DNA of 64,000 nt. It comes from Bacteroidales bacterium Bact_09. GTDB taxonomy: Bacteria > Bacteroidota > Bacteroidia > Bacteroidales > UBA932. The stretch is from NCBI GenBank assembly GCA_001603455.1, contig LUZA01000008.1:443-64442 (forward strand), in the 5' to 3' direction. The translations under genes and the position numbers were made by a program. Under the pieces are notes generated by a model. That model did not search any database. It was not told where the DNA came from and saw only the letters and a list, made by a program, of their open reading frames with translations. Every line of letters begins with the position of its first letter. Position 1 is the stretch's first letter. Positions 37,994 through 48,984 of the stretch are shown here, in pieces.

Positions 37994-38794
37994 TCATTCT
38001 TCTTCCATAAACTTGGTTTTGTAAGGGATAATACCACGGTGTGATGCCCTTATGAAGGACAGGATTACTTCGCGTTCTTCCGAAGGATCCAGCACTTCTT
38101 CCACTTTGCGGCAGGCATCACTTATGTTTAAGCCAACTTGGTAAATAATACGGTATACATCGTGTATCCTTTCAATCTGCTCCGAGGTGAATCCACGCCT
38201 GCGAAGACCTATGATATTGATCCCCCCGTAACAGAGAGGCCGCCTTCCTGCCAGCACATAGGGAGGTACGTCTTTCCCTATCATGGAGCCTCCTGAGATC
38301 ATAGCGTGCGCCCCAATACGTGTAAACTGATGAGCAGCCGATGCCCCGCCAATGATGGCATATTCATCAACTTGTGTTTCACCAGCCAGTCCCACATACG
38401 AAGTTAATATGACATTCTTTTTAATGTGGCAATCGTGCGCAATATGCACATAGCTCATTATCAAACAATTATCTTCTACCCGGGTTACTCCTATATGACT
38501 TGCAGCAGTTCCGCGGTTGATGGTGGCATATTCCCGGATGGTAACGTTATCGCCTATTTCTACATAAGAAACTTCACCGGCAAATTTAAGGTCCTGCGGT
38601 ATTGCTCCGATGACCGCCCCGGGAAATATCCTGCAATGGGCACCAATGCGAACGTAATCCATTATCGTAACGTTAGATCCGATTATCGTACCTTCCCCAA
38701 TTTCAACATGTTCAGCAATGGTGGCAAAAGGACCAATCTCTACTCCACGACCAAGAATAGCTTTAGGGTGAATGACATTGAGTTTTTGTGACAT
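37994..38794 (-). CDS. lpxA: Acyl-ACP--UDP-N-acetylglucosamine O-acyltransferase
   Basis: Left-handed hexapeptide repeats over the first roughly 190 aa plus a helical C-domain. Sits immediately after lpxC. Confidence 0.9.
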   Translation of the reverse strand: MSQKLNVIHPKAILGRGVEIGPFATIAEHVEIGEGTIIGSNVTIMDYVRIGAHCRIFPGAVIGAIPQDLKFAGEVSYVEIGDNVTIREYATINRGTAASHIGVTRVEDNCLIMSYVHIAHDCHIKKNVILTSYVGLAGETQVDEYAIIGGASAAHQFTRIGAHAMISGGSMIGKDVPPYVLAGRRPLCYGGINIIGLRRRGFTSEQIERIHDVYRIIYQVGLNISDACRKVEEVLDPSEEREVILSFIRASHRGIIPYKTKFMEEE

Positions 38795-38795
38795 A

Positions 38796-39701
38796 TTATT
38801 CTATTATTTGATTTCTGATCATCTGCGCTACAGCTGTGTTAGCTGCATGTCCCGGTTTATAAGCTGTTACACGGGCATTGAAACGTTTCCCCACCAGCAT
38901 AAGATCACCTAAAAGATCCATAGTCTTATGTCTGGCACATTCATCGGGAAAGCGTGGTCCGGCATCGTTCAGATACCCTTTCTGCAGGCTTACGTCTGGT
39001 TTGTTGAATATATAGCGCAATAAATCCACATCTTCTTCGCTCAAAGCCTTTTCTGCTATGACCAGTGCATTATCAAGATCTCCTCCCCTTACCAGTCCGC
39101 TTTTAAAAAGGAATAATACTTCATGCAGGAAAACAAAAGTCCGGCTAGAAGCAATTTCTTTCAGAAAATCCAATTTACTGGTATATGTAAACTCTTGCCG
39201 GCCGAGTACCTCTGAATTGAAATCGATGATTACCCGGGCAGTAAACGTGTCTGCCGGAATTGCTTCTATCACCGTTCCGGTTTCCGGATTGAAAAACCTT
39301 ACCGGGGCCTTCAAATCCATGTATTTCCTGATAGCATCCTGTTGCCGGATCCCGTTCTTGTCAATAGCCGAGGCGAAGGGCAGTGCACTTCCGTCCAGAA
39401 TGGGAACCTCCGGACCATTCAGCTTCACCAGCACATTGTCGATCCCCATCCCAAAAAAGGCTGCCAGTAAATGTTCTGTAGTGCTTATTCCTACCTGTTC
39501 CTGCAACAAGACGGTACTTCTTTCCGTATTGGCTATATGATCGGAGACTGCTTCCATAAGGGGTTGTCCCGGGATGTCCATTCGCTGGAAACGTATCCCG
39601 TATCCTTCTGGCGCAGGACACAGAGTCATCTCAGCATCCGCGCCCGTATGCAAACCTACTCCGCTAAATGAGATCTCGCTGGATATCGTTTGCTGTTTCA
39701 T
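38796..39701 (-). CDS. lpxC: UDP-3-O-acyl-N-acetylglucosamine deacetylase (stand-alone, no FabZ fusion)
   Basis: ..SGVGLHTG......[18 protein letters not shown] and [10 protein letters not shown] motifs. 301 aa ending 1 nt before the lpxA start codon. Confidence 0.9.
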   Translation of the reverse strand: MKQQTISSEISFSGVGLHTGADAEMTLCPAPEGYGIRFQRMDIPGQPLMEAVSDHIANTERSTVLLQEQVGISTTEHLLAAFFGMGIDNVLVKLNGPEVPILDGSALPFASAIDKNGIRQQDAIRKYMDLKAPVRFFNPETGTVIEAIPADTFTARVIIDFNSEVLGRQEFTYTSKLDFLKEIASSRTFVFLHEVLFLFKSGLVRGGDLDNALVIAEKALSEEDVDLLRYIFNKPDVSLQKGYLNDAGPRFPDECARHKTMDLLGDLMLVGKRFNARVTAYKPGHAANTAVAQMIRNQIIE

Positions 39702-40687
39702 TTATCTTTCTTTCCGGATTTTCTGAAAAGGGCATATGCCCTCATAAACTGGGAGTGATCAATGGCTGGCATGCCCAGTAAAATGTTCCCTTCCTCTTTG
39801 ACAGAACCTATGACTCCTGCCTGAGCCCCGATCTGTGTACGGGCAGCAACAGTCAGGTGACCCACAATACCAGCCTGCCCCCCTACCATACAATTTGCAC
39901 CCACGTGGGTAGAACCGGCTATGCCGCTCTGCGCTGCCATCACCGTATTTTCTCCAACTTCCACATTGTGGGCAATCTGTATCAGATTATCAAGCTTAAC
40001 ACCACACCGGATTATAGTAGATCCCATTGTTGCCCTGTCAATAACAGTATTGGCACCTATCTCTACATTGTCTTCTATAACCACGTTCCCTGTCTGCGGA
40101 ATTTTCCGGTAAGAACCGTCAGAAGCAGGTGCAAACCCGAATCCATCAGAACCGATCACCGCATTTGCATGAATGATGCAATTCTCTCCTATGATGCAAT
40201 CATCATAAATTTTAACTCCCGGATACAAAACGGTACCCGCCCCAATCTTGACATTTTCCCCGATATATACCTGGGGATAGATCTGAGCCCCGTTCCCTAT
40301 ACGCGCACGTTTCCCAATATAACTGTGAGCCCCGATGTAGACTTTCTTCCCGATCGATGCTTTACGGGCAATGCTGTGGGGAAATTCCCAGCCTTTTTTC
40401 TTTTTTTCAGAAGAAAACAATCCCAGTAAAACGGCAACTGCAGTATAGGCATTATCAACTTTTACCAATGTCGCGAGAATCTTAGCTGATGGGACAAAAT
40501 CCCTGTTAATCAGCACCACAGATGCTTTGGTTGTATACAAGTATTTTTCGTATTTGGGGTTGGCAAGAAAGCAGGCCGTTCCCGGCTTACCCTGCTCGAT
40601 ACGTGCCACACCAGTAACTACAGTATCCGGATCACCCATCACTTCACCATGCAGATGATCGGCAATAATTCCAGCTGTCAGTTCCAT
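39698..40687 (-). CDS. lpxD: UDP-3-O-acylglucosamine N-acyltransferase
   Basis: N-terminal uridine-binding domain followed by extended hexapeptide repeats. 4-nt overlap with lpxC. Confidence 0.9.
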   Translation of the reverse strand: MELTAGIIADHLHGEVMGDPDTVVTGVARIEQGKPGTACFLANPKYEKYLYTTKASVVLINRDFVPSAKILATLVKVDNAYTAVAVLLGLFSSEKKKKGWEFPHSIARKASIGKKVYIGAHSYIGKRARIGNGAQIYPQVYIGENVKIGAGTVLYPGVKIYDDCIIGENCIIHANAVIGSDGFGFAPASDGSYRKIPQTGNVVIEDNVEIGANTVIDRATMGSTIIRCGVKLDNLIQIAHNVEVGENTVMAAQSGIAGSTHVGANCMVGGQAGIVGHLTVAARTQIGAQAGVIGSVKEEGNILLGMPAIDHSQFMRAYALFRKSGKKDK

Positions 40688-40756
40688 ATTATCTGATAAG
40701 TTTAAATTCCAACAAATTTCGTTCCATTTATGAAATAATGCAAATAACTAAATAAA

Positions 40757-40788
40757 TTTGTTGGGATTCACTAAATTAATTAAATTTG
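40757..40788 (+). promoter_or_regulatory. Candidate nusA promoter (-33 TTTG / -7 TAAATTTG)
   Basis: TTTG at 40757-40760 and TAAATTTG at 40781-40788, separated by 20 nt. The expected TSS is near 40795. Confidence 0.4.
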
Positions 40789-40809
40789 TAGCCGATTAGG
40801 AACATGTGC

Positions 40810-40833
40810 AAGAGGACCTTGGTCCTCTTTTTT
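40810..40833 (+). terminator. Intrinsic-terminator-like hairpin in the nusA 5' leader
   Basis: AAGAGGAC-CTTG-GTCCTCTT (8-bp stem, 4-nt loop) followed by TTTTATT. It is 26 nt upstream of the nusA ATG, and no plus-strand gene lies upstream for it to terminate. Confidence 0.5.
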
Positions 40834-40858
40834 ATTACAAATAAAAAGATTATCCAAA

Positions 40859-42103
40859 ATGGAAGGTTTAAATCTGATCAGTACATTTGCCGAATTCAAG
40901 GATTTGAAAAACATAGACCGCCCTACTATGATGAGCGTTCTGGAAGATGTTTTCCGTTCCCAGCTTGCCAAAATGTATGGAAGTGCAGATAATTTTGACA
41001 TCATTATCAACATTGATAAAGGCGACTTTGAGATATGGCGGAACCGCGAAGTGGTAGAAAAAGTGGAAGATCCAAACATGCAGATATCCCTGGAAGAAGT
41101 ATCCAGGATAGATGATTCCTACGAAATTGGCGAGTCTTATACTGAAGAAGTAAAACTCTCTGAATTCGGACGCAGAGGTATTCTTACCCTCAGACAAAAT
41201 CTGGCCGGAAGGATCATGGATATTGAAAAAGCCAACCTATATGCAAAATACAGGGAACGGGCCGGCGATATCCTTATGGGAGAAGTCTATCAGGTATGGA
41301 AAAAGGAAGTCCTTGTGCTGGACGAGGAAGGGAACGAGCTGCTGTTGCCTAAATCGGAACAAATCCCCAGTGATTATTTTCGCAAGGGCGATACAGTCCG
41401 CGCCGTTGTATCCAATGTCGAAATGAGAAACAACACCCCGGTGATAACCCTCTCCCGCACTTCCCCGAAATTCCTGGAAAGGCTATTTGAACAGGATGTT
41501 CCCGAGATCTACGACGGATTGATCACCATCAAAAAGATCGTACGAATCCCCGGTGAGCGGGCAAAAGTTGCCGTAGAATCGTATGATGACCGGATAGATC
41601 CCGTAGGGGCTTGCGTTGGTGTTAAAGGGTCCAGGATACACGGTATTGTAAGGGAACTAAGAAACGAGAACATAGATATAATCAACTGGACTACAAATCT
41701 GCAGCTTCTTATACAAAGAGCCTTGAGTCCGGCCAAGATATCTTCCATAAAAATCAATGAAGAAGAAAAACGCGTAGGTGTATATCTAAAGCCTAACGAA
41801 GTTTCTCTCGCCATAGGGAAAGGAGGTTCCAACATAAAACTGGCTGGCATGCTCATCGGTTATGAGATTGACGTCTTCCGCGAAGTCGATGAGAACGAAG
41901 AGGATGTTATGCTGGATGAATTCAACGATGAAATCGATCAGTGGATCATAGACTCGCTCAAACAGATCGGATGTGATACAGCAAAAAGTGTTTTGGCCAT
42001 TCCTATCCCTGAATTGGTAAAACGGGCCGATCTGGAAGAGGAAACCGTTACAGAAGTGATACGTATCCTCCGAGCAGAATTTGAAAACGATATAAAAGAA
42101 TAG
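40859..42103 (+). CDS. nusA: Transcription termination/antitermination factor NusA
   Basis: N-terminal domain (..FAEFKDLKNIDRPTMMSVLEDVF), S1 domain, and two KH domains (..GACVGVKGSRI.., ..AIGKGGSNIKLA..). Confidence 0.95.
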   Translation: MEGLNLISTFAEFKDLKNIDRPTMMSVLEDVFRSQLAKMYGSADNFDIIINIDKGDFEIWRNREVVEKVEDPNMQISLEEVSRIDDSYEIGESYTEEVKLSEFGRRGILTLRQNLAGRIMDIEKANLYAKYRERAGDILMGEVYQVWKKEVLVLDEEGNELLLPKSEQIPSDYFRKGDTVRAVVSNVEMRNNTPVITLSRTSPKFLERLFEQDVPEIYDGLITIKKIVRIPGERAKVAVESYDDRIDPVGACVGVKGSRIHGIVRELRNENIDIINWTTNLQLLIQRALSPAKISSIKINEEEKRVGVYLKPNEVSLAIGKGGSNIKLAGMLIGYEIDVFREVDENEEDVMLDEFNDEIDQWIIDSLKQIGCDTAKSVLAIPIPELVKRADLEEETVTEVIRILRAEFENDIKE

Positions 42104-42117
42104 AATAAGGAGAGTAT

Positions 42118-44859
42118 ATGTCGGAAAAACAAGGTATTCGAATCAGCAAAGTAGTCAAGGAGTTTAACATCGGGATTGGCACCCTTACTGATTTTCTGAA
42201 GAAAAAGGGGATCGAGGTGGATCCTTCCCCCAACAGTAAGATCTCGGAGGAAGCTTATGCTCTTGTGGAAAAGGAATTCGACAAGGAATTGCAGCTCAAG
42301 GAACAATCAAAAAAAATCATTTTGAAAGTGAAAGATGTTACCCAGGAAGAATCTCCTGCCCCTTCTGCCCCCAAAGCCAGACCGGAACCCGAACCGGCTC
42401 CTGCACCAGAACCTGTTGTCCGGCAGGAACCTGCCCCCAGACCAAAACCTGTTGTCCGGCAAAAAACAGAAGAAAAAACAGACACAGCACCCGGTAAAGG
42501 CCCTACTGTACTGGGCAAAATAGACCTGGCTAAATTTGAAAAGCCGAAGGAAAAGAAACCGGCTGCAGTACCTCCCGAAAAAACCCGGATTAAAAAGCAG
42601 CGACAGGTTACTCCTGTCCCGGAACCTCGTCCTGACTCAAAACCCAAAGAAGAAAAGAAACAGGTTCCGGTCCCTGAGCCAAAACCGGAAGAACCGGTAC
42701 ATATTGAAACCGAATTTGAAAAGTTGGCAGGTCCCAAAATCACGGGACAGATTGATCTGTCTCAGTTTGACAGAAAAAAGCCTGCAGAAGATAAAGAAAA
42801 ATCAAAGGCCGACAAGCAAAAGGGAAAACGCGAACGGATTCAGAAACCGCACAGGGAACGCGTTGACGTAAATAAAGTCACCCCAAAACGGAGTGATAAT
42901 GGAACCCGTGCAAGGGGACGCGGAAAAGAACGTTTCAAACCCATCCATGTAGAAGTGGACGAAGACGCCATCCAGAAGCAGATCAAGGAAACGTATGCCC
43001 GCATGACTGAAGGCAAGGGTAAGACCAAAGGGTCGAGACACCGTCGTGAAAAACGTGAAATCGTTAGTCAGCGGATGGCCGAAGAACAGGAACGCAGGGA
43101 AATGGAAAGCACGCTGTTGAAAGTAACTGAGTTCGTTACTGTAAACGAACTGGCCACCCTGATGGACGTTCCTGTGGTCAAGGTTATTGATGCATGTATG
43201 AATCTGGGGCTGATGGTTTCCATAAACCAGCGCCTGGATGCAGAAGCCATGGTCTTGGTAGCCGAAGAATTCGGATATCAGGTTGAGTTTGTCACTGCAG
43301 AAATTCATGATTCCATCCAGGAAGAAGAAGATGATCCGCGTGACCTGCGCGAAAGGCCCCCTATCGTAACCGTCATGGGACACGTTGACCACGGAAAAAC
43401 CTCGCTGCTTGACTATATTCGCGATGCCAACGTAATAGCCGGAGAAGCGGGAGGAATAACACAACATATAGGGGCATACAGCGTACGCCTGGAAAACGGC
43501 CGTCTGATTACTTTTTTAGACACGCCGGGTCACGAAGCCTTCACGGCAATGAGGGCTCGCGGAGCAAAGGTAACCGATATGGCCATTATCATTATAGCCG
43601 CAGACGACGCCATCATGCCCCAGACCGTAGAAGCTATCAACCATGCTTCAGCTGCCGGAGTGCCCATGATCTTTGCAATAAACAAGATTGACAAACAAGG
43701 AGCAAATCCCGATAAAATCCGTGAACAACTTGCCAATATGAACGTACTGGTAGAAGAATGGGGCGGGAAACATCAGTGTCAGGAAATCTCGGCAAAAAAG
43801 GGCACTAATGTGGACAAACTCCTGGAAAAGATTCTGCTCGAGGCAGATATGCTTGAACTGAATGCCAATCCAAAAAAACGCGCCTCGGGAACGGTCATCG
43901 AGTCTTCTCTCGACAAAGGCCGTGGATACCTGGCCACCATACTGGTGCAGAACGGTACCCTGCATCAGGGAGACGTTCTGCTGAGTGGTTGCTGCACAGG
44001 AAAGGTGAGAGCCATGTTTAACGAAAGAGGTCATAAGATAACAGAAGCAGGCCCATCGACACCGGCTTCTGTACTTGGTCTGAACGGAGCCCCGGCTGCC
44101 GGGGAAGTCTTTACGGCCATGGAAGATGAGAAAGAAGCCCGCGAAGTAGCTGCCAAAAGAGAACAACTGATTCGCATACAGGGACTTAAAACACAAAAAC
44201 ACATTACCCTCGAAGAAATCGGACGACGGATTGCCGTTGGCAATTTCCAGGAACTAAACCTTATTGTTAAGGCCGATGTGGATGGTTCCATAGAAGCACT
44301 TTCCGATTCGTTGATCAAACTTTCAACCGAGGAAGTACAGGTAAATGTGATCCATAAAGCCGTGGGGGGCATCTCTGAATCTGATGTATTGCTGGCTACT
44401 GCTTCAAACGCCATCATCATCGGGTTCCAGGTACGTCCTTCCTCATCTGCCAGAAAGCTGGCTGAAAAGGAAGAAATTGAGATCCGGCTCTATTCGGTCA
44501 TTTACGATGCCATTGAAGAAGTCACCAAGGGTATTGAAGGCATGCTTGCCCCTGTTGAAAAAGAAGAAATTACATCAACCGTTGAAGTCCGGGAAGTATT
44601 CAAGATATCCAAAATAGGGACAGTTGCCGGTTGTATGGTCAAGGAAGGCAAAATTACCCGCAATGCAAAGGTCAGGATCATTCGTGACGGGATTGTTATT
44701 TATACCGGGACACTGGGATCCCTCAAGCGATTCAAGGAAGATGTCAAGGAAGTGCAATCCGGTTATGACTGCGGACTGAACATAGACGGATATAATGATA
44801 TCAAAGTGGATGATATCATCGAATCCTATACCATCGTAGAGATCAAGAGAAAACTCTGA
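42118..44859 (+). CDS. infB: Translation initiation factor IF-2
   Basis: Low-complexity Pro/Glu/Lys N-terminus; G-domain [20 protein letters not shown] and NKID. AAGGAG lies 5 nt upstream of the ATG. Confidence 0.95.
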   Translation: MSEKQGIRISKVVKEFNIGIGTLTDFLKKKGIEVDPSPNSKISEEAYALVEKEFDKELQLKEQSKKIILKVKDVTQEESPAPSAPKARPEPEPAPAPEPVVRQEPAPRPKPVVRQKTEEKTDTAPGKGPTVLGKIDLAKFEKPKEKKPAAVPPEKTRIKKQRQVTPVPEPRPDSKPKEEKKQVPVPEPKPEEPVHIETEFEKLAGPKITGQIDLSQFDRKKPAEDKEKSKADKQKGKRERIQKPHRERVDVNKVTPKRSDNGTRARGRGKERFKPIHVEVDEDAIQKQIKETYARMTEGKGKTKGSRHRREKREIVSQRMAEEQERREMESTLLKVTEFVTVNELATLMDVPVVKVIDACMNLGLMVSINQRLDAEAMVLVAEEFGYQVEFVTAEIHDSIQEEEDDPRDLRERPPIVTVMGHVDHGKTSLLDYIRDANVIAGEAGGITQHIGAYSVRLENGRLITFLDTPGHEAFTAMRARGAKVTDMAIIIIAADDAIMPQTVEAINHASAAGVPMIFAINKIDKQGANPDKIREQLANMNVLVEEWGGKHQCQEISAKKGTNVDKLLEKILLEADMLELNANPKKRASGTVIESSLDKGRGYLATILVQNGTLHQGDVLLSGCCTGKVRAMFNERGHKITEAGPSTPASVLGLNGAPAAGEVFTAMEDEKEAREVAAKREQLIRIQGLKTQKHITLEEIGRRIAVGNFQELNLIVKADVDGSIEALSDSLIKLSTEEVQVNVIHKAVGGISESDVLLATASNAIIIGFQVRPSSSARKLAEKEEIEIRLYSVIYDAIEEVTKGIEGMLAPVEKEEITSTVEVREVFKISKIGTVAGCMVKEGKITRNAKVRIIRDGIVIYTGTLGSLKRFKEDVKEVQSGYDCGLNIDGYNDIKVDDIIESYTIVEIKRKL

Positions 44860-44867
44860 TCATCTGA

Positions 44868-46097
44868 TCAAAGGCGGGATCTCGATAGCCAGAATCCCTT
44901 CTTGAGCAGGAAAATCAATAAAAGTAAGGCTGCAATAAAAAACTGCACCCTCAGCCTGGTCTTGATACGGGTCCCGGCAATGAGCAGTTCCGGGTCCTGG
45001 GTGGTAATTTTGTCCCATTTTTCGGGTGAAGGAATATCCCTGAAAGCAAACTTGGCAAGAACCACTCCCTGTTTCAGAACAACCAGCCCAGGCGAGGAGC
45101 GGACCATGGTCAGCAATGTTTTCCTATCTGCCAGATATACAGGCATATCGATCCCGTTGCCGAGCAATACTTTATGGACCGAATCGGCCGCCAGTGCGCT
45201 GATTGCATAATATGGCCTGCCCTGTCTGTTGCTTTCACGGACCAAAGGAAGCAGACGTTCCAAGACCTCACTGCCCATATTTGCGGTATCTGTTATAATC
45301 AGTACGAGTGCTGTTTCCTTTTCCTTCAGAAGGGAGTCGGTAATGGAATATCCTGATATGTCACGAACTGAAAAATCTGATATCTTATGACGAACTCCGG
45401 TTGCAACCTCCCGGGTACGTGAATCCACAAAGATCCAGGTGCTGTCCGGCAGGGAATCAGGAGAAAAGACCGCTTCCCTGCCCTGACGGCTGTAAACCAG
45501 TTCCGTTCGGTATATGTGTTCGGGATTGTTTCGCGCCTCTTCCAGTAAGGCTCCGATATCGTTACCGATCCTGAATCCCCTGAAATCAACGGGCGGCAAA
45601 TGCCTGTAACTATAAACAGATAAGCCGGTTATCAATACGGCAAAAAAAAGGCATACAGGCCACTCTGCCATTCCGGTGGCAATAGGGGCCGTTCTGTTCC
45701 TCTGAAAAAACAGGATCAGGGCAAAAGGCCAAAAAATAAGATTTTTGAAAAATGTCTGCCAGTTGGTTAGTTTTACAGCATCCCCAAAACATCCGCAATC
45801 CTCAACGGGATTGAAGATGGCCAGGTACAGGGTAAGCAATGTGAAAAAGGACATGAACAGGAACATTCCCCAGGCAGCGGCACGCTTCCTGAAATCCAGC
45901 AGTACCATCACGCCCAGTACACATTCGACTGTTGATAGCGTTATCCCGCAGATGAGGGAAAATGGTTGCAGAAAACCAACCCCAAAGGCATTGAAATATG
46001 CTGCGAAAACAAGGGCAGATCCCACAGGATCAACAGCTTTTACAAAGCCCGAAAAAACGAACAACAATCCCAGGACCAAACGAGCTGTTCTTCTCAT
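44868..46097 (-). CDS. DoxX/MauE-like membrane protein with extra soluble domain and C-terminal TM
   Basis: N-terminal RLVLGLLFVFSGFVKAVDP... and four to five hydrophobic helices, a roughly 200-aa non-membrane region, then a terminal hydrophobic helix. The family call comes from N-terminal pattern recognition only. Confidence 0.5.
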   Translation of the reverse strand: MRRTARLVLGLLFVFSGFVKAVDPVGSALVFAAYFNAFGVGFLQPFSLICGITLSTVECVLGVMVLLDFRKRAAAWGMFLFMSFFTLLTLYLAIFNPVEDCGCFGDAVKLTNWQTFFKNLIFWPFALILFFQRNRTAPIATGMAEWPVCLFFAVLITGLSVYSYRHLPPVDFRGFRIGNDIGALLEEARNNPEHIYRTELVYSRQGREAVFSPDSLPDSTWIFVDSRTREVATGVRHKISDFSVRDISGYSITDSLLKEKETALVLIITDTANMGSEVLERLLPLVRESNRQGRPYYAISALAADSVHKVLLGNGIDMPVYLADRKTLLTMVRSSPGLVVLKQGVVLAKFAFRDIPSPEKWDKITTQDPELLIAGTRIKTRLRVQFFIAALLLLIFLLKKGFWLSRSRL

Positions 46098-46762
46098 GGG
46101 AGGTATGGTTTTATGCGTTCGAATATTACCGTCCAGTGTGCTATTTCACCCTTTAGGTCACTGCATGGGATGATCCTGAAAGAGCTATCAAATTTGGCCT
46201 GTTCAAGGTACACCTCACGAACACGCTGTTGAAAATCCACAGAAGCTTCGTGTATATCATCCTTACCCTCCAAGTATGTTCTGTCATCTCCCGACCTGGG
46301 GGACCCCAGGTTTTCTTCTACAAAATGCAAAGGAACATCCAGGAACAGATTCACATCGGGTTTGGGTATCCCAAATTGCTGGTATTCCATCTGAAAAATA
46401 AAGTTTCTCAAACGCTCCCGTTCCTCCCTGCTTGTGAACTTTGCGCACTGGAAGGCAATGTTTGAATATACATAACGATCCAGCAGCACAATATCCCCGT
46501 CTTCAAGCCATCCCTTTATCTGGCCGGCCATCTCTAAACGGTTACCGGCAAAGAGCAAAGAAACCAGGTAAGGATCTACCGTATCAATGGCACCACTATC
46601 GCCCCTTAGAAAACGTGCGATCAGGGTTCCATACACAGGAGTGTCATAACGTGGAAAATGCATGAAATGAACAGATTGGCCGCGTTCTTTCAAGTACACT
46701 TCCATGGCTTTCAGCTGGGTGGATTTTCCGGCTCCGTCCAAACCTTCCAGTACGATTAACAT
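46094..46762 (-). CDS. tmk: Thymidylate kinase-like P-loop kinase
   Basis: MLIVLEGLDGAGKSTQ P-loop and DRY motif (LLDRYVYSN). Start trimmed to ATG 46762. 4-nt overlap with the downstream gene. Confidence 0.78.
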   Translation of the reverse strand: MLIVLEGLDGAGKSTQLKAMEVYLKERGQSVHFMHFPRYDTPVYGTLIARFLRGDSGAIDTVDPYLVSLLFAGNRLEMAGQIKGWLEDGDIVLLDRYVYSNIAFQCAKFTSREERERLRNFIFQMEYQQFGIPKPDVNLFLDVPLHFVEENLGSPRSGDDRTYLEGKDDIHEASVDFQQRVREVYLEQAKFDSSFRIIPCSDLKGEIAHWTVIFERIKPYLP

Positions 46763-46816
46763 AATGTACAAAATTACATAAAAATCCCTTCTCTTTATTT
46801 TTATTACATTTGTATT

Positions 46817-47611
46817 ATGAAGATACATTTTCCTGCCGTCATGGGTGTGATCAACTGCACACCCGATTCATTTTACGCCGTATCACGTGCCATAGAACCA
46901 GACAATGCACTCAGTCGCATCGAACTGATGTTGCGGGAAGGGGCAGATATTGTGGACATAGGGGCATGCTCCACAAGACCCGGAGCAGCATGGCCTTCCC
47001 CCGAAGAAGAGTGGAACAGACTGGAACCTGTCTTGAGAAAAGCCAAAGAGATGTTTCCGAAAACAATCTTTTCCATTGATACTTTCAGGCCTTCCATCGT
47101 AGAAAAAGCATATTCAATCTTGGGCAAATTCTGGGTAAACGACATTCTTGCAGGGAGTTATGATAAAGCCATGTTGCCTTTGATCTCATCACTCAAACTG
47201 CCATGGATCGCCATGCACCAGGAACCTTACGAAGGACCGGAAGGCATTGCCCGTTTTTTTCAGACAATCACCCAGACCGCTGCCCTTCACGGAATTAAAG
47301 AGTTCTTCCTGGACCCCGGATTTGGCTTTAACAAAGACGTTGACCAGAATTTTCAGGTGATGGAATCACTTCCTTCCATCGTCCCCAGAGACGATAAGGG
47401 AGAGCCGGTTGCCCCTTTACTTGCCGGGATATCAAGAAAAAGAATGACCTACATGCCTCTGAACATAACCCCCGCTGATGCATTAATAAGCACATCGGCC
47501 CTGCATCTGCACTTACTGTTGAAAGGAGTATCCATCCTGAGGGTTCATGATGTTGCTGAAGCCCGCCAGATGATAACCCTGTTCAAAAAAATAAGTATAT
47601 TTATTAACTAA
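46817..47611 (+). CDS. folP: Dihydropteroate synthase
   Basis: GVINCTPDSF, DIGACSTRPG, DPGFGF and ILRVHDV motifs of the pterin-binding domain. Confidence 0.88.
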   Translation: MKIHFPAVMGVINCTPDSFYAVSRAIEPDNALSRIELMLREGADIVDIGACSTRPGAAWPSPEEEWNRLEPVLRKAKEMFPKTIFSIDTFRPSIVEKAYSILGKFWVNDILAGSYDKAMLPLISSLKLPWIAMHQEPYEGPEGIARFFQTITQTAALHGIKEFFLDPGFGFNKDVDQNFQVMESLPSIVPRDDKGEPVAPLLAGISRKRMTYMPLNITPADALISTSALHLHLLLKGVSILRVHDVAEARQMITLFKKISIFIN

Positions 47612-47626
47612 TCAAATACTTTCTCT

Positions 47627-48970
47627 ATGGAATTCAACCCATTGCTGGCAATATCTCCAATTGACGGAAGGTATTATGCCCAAACGGCTCCCCTGAATCA
47701 GTATTTCTCTGAATTTGCCTTGATCCGTTACAGGCTTCAGGTAGAAGTGGAGTATTTTATCGCCTTGTGCAAACTGCCCCTCCCCCAGCTCAGAGATGTG
47801 GACTCAAGATGGTATCCCATCCTGCGCAATGTGTACAAAAATTTTTCTATAACAGACGCCAAAGTGATCAAAGCCCAGGAAAAGGTTACCAACCACGATG
47901 TCAAATCTGTTGAATATTTTCTTAAAAATAAGATGAAGGCTCTGGGCCTGAACAAATATTGTGAATTCATCCATTTTGGTCTTACCTCACAGGACATCAA
48001 CAATACGGCTATCCCCCTTAGCCTGAAACACGGAATCCAAAAGGAATACCTGCCTCTATTGCGGAAAACAATAGAAATGCTGGAAGAACGAGCCAATGAG
48101 TGGGGTCCCGTTGCCATGCTGGCCCATACTCACGGCCAACCCGCCTCGCCTACACGCCTGGGAAAGGAGATCATGGTCTTTAAAGTGCGTCTGGACGAGC
48201 AACTCAAAAGCCTTGAACAGATTCCTTTTACTGGCAAATTCGGGGGTTCTACCGGGAATTTCAATGCCCACAACGCCGCTTATCCACAGATCGACTGGCA
48301 TAAATTCGCCGACAAATTTCTGAATGGAACACTGGGGATCCAACGTTCTTTCCCCACTACGCAGATAGAGCATTACGACTACATAGCAGCACTGTGTCAT
48401 AATCTGAGCCGGATCAACACCATTTGCATCGACCTTAGCCGGGACATGTGGTCCTATATTTCGATGAATTATTTCAAACAGCATATCAAGGACCAGGAGA
48501 TAGGCTCTTCTGCCATGCCTCATAAGATCAACCCCATTGATTTCGAAAATGCAGAAGGAAATTTTGGAGTAGCCAATGCCATTTTTGGTCATCTGGCAGC
48601 CAAATTGCCTGTATCACGCCTTCAGCGTGACCTTACCGATTCTACCGTTTTGCGCAACCTGGGGGTTCCATTGGCACATACACTTTTGGCATTCAAATCG
48701 CTCCATAAGGGATTCGGCAAGGTGTTATTGAACCGGTCAGCCATAGAAAAAGACATGGAAGACAACTGGGCAGTAATTTCTGAAGCCATACAGACTATCC
48801 TTAGAAGGGAGAATTATCCCCGACCTTACGAAACACTCAAAGAAATTACCCGGACCAACCTGCACATAGATAAGGAGTACCTGCACGCCTTTATACGCAG
48901 TCTGGACATAAGCCAGGAAGTAAAGGACGAACTGCTGCAGATAACCCCTTCCGGATATACGGGACACTAA
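47627..48970 (+). CDS. purB: Adenylosuccinate lyase
   Basis: SPIDGRY N-terminus, TSQDINN, and the fumarate-lyase signature GSSAMPHKINP. Confidence 0.93.
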   Translation: MEFNPLLAISPIDGRYYAQTAPLNQYFSEFALIRYRLQVEVEYFIALCKLPLPQLRDVDSRWYPILRNVYKNFSITDAKVIKAQEKVTNHDVKSVEYFLKNKMKALGLNKYCEFIHFGLTSQDINNTAIPLSLKHGIQKEYLPLLRKTIEMLEERANEWGPVAMLAHTHGQPASPTRLGKEIMVFKVRLDEQLKSLEQIPFTGKFGGSTGNFNAHNAAYPQIDWHKFADKFLNGTLGIQRSFPTTQIEHYDYIAALCHNLSRINTICIDLSRDMWSYISMNYFKQHIKDQEIGSSAMPHKINPIDFENAEGNFGVANAIFGHLAAKLPVSRLQRDLTDSTVLRNLGVPLAHTLLAFKSLHKGFGKVLLNRSAIEKDMEDNWAVISEAIQTILRRENYPRPYETLKEITRTNLHIDKEYLHAFIRSLDISQEVKDELLQITPSGYTGH

Positions 48971-48984
48971 AAATCCTATCGTTC

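Noticed and set aside
42412-42463. Direct repeat AACCTGTTGTCCGGCA (two copies, 36 nt apart) in infB
   Set aside because: It is an in-frame duplication (EPVVRQ / KPVVRQ) within the variable Pro/Glu/Lys-rich N-terminal region that IF-2 proteins commonly have. It is not a regulatory or mobile repeat.
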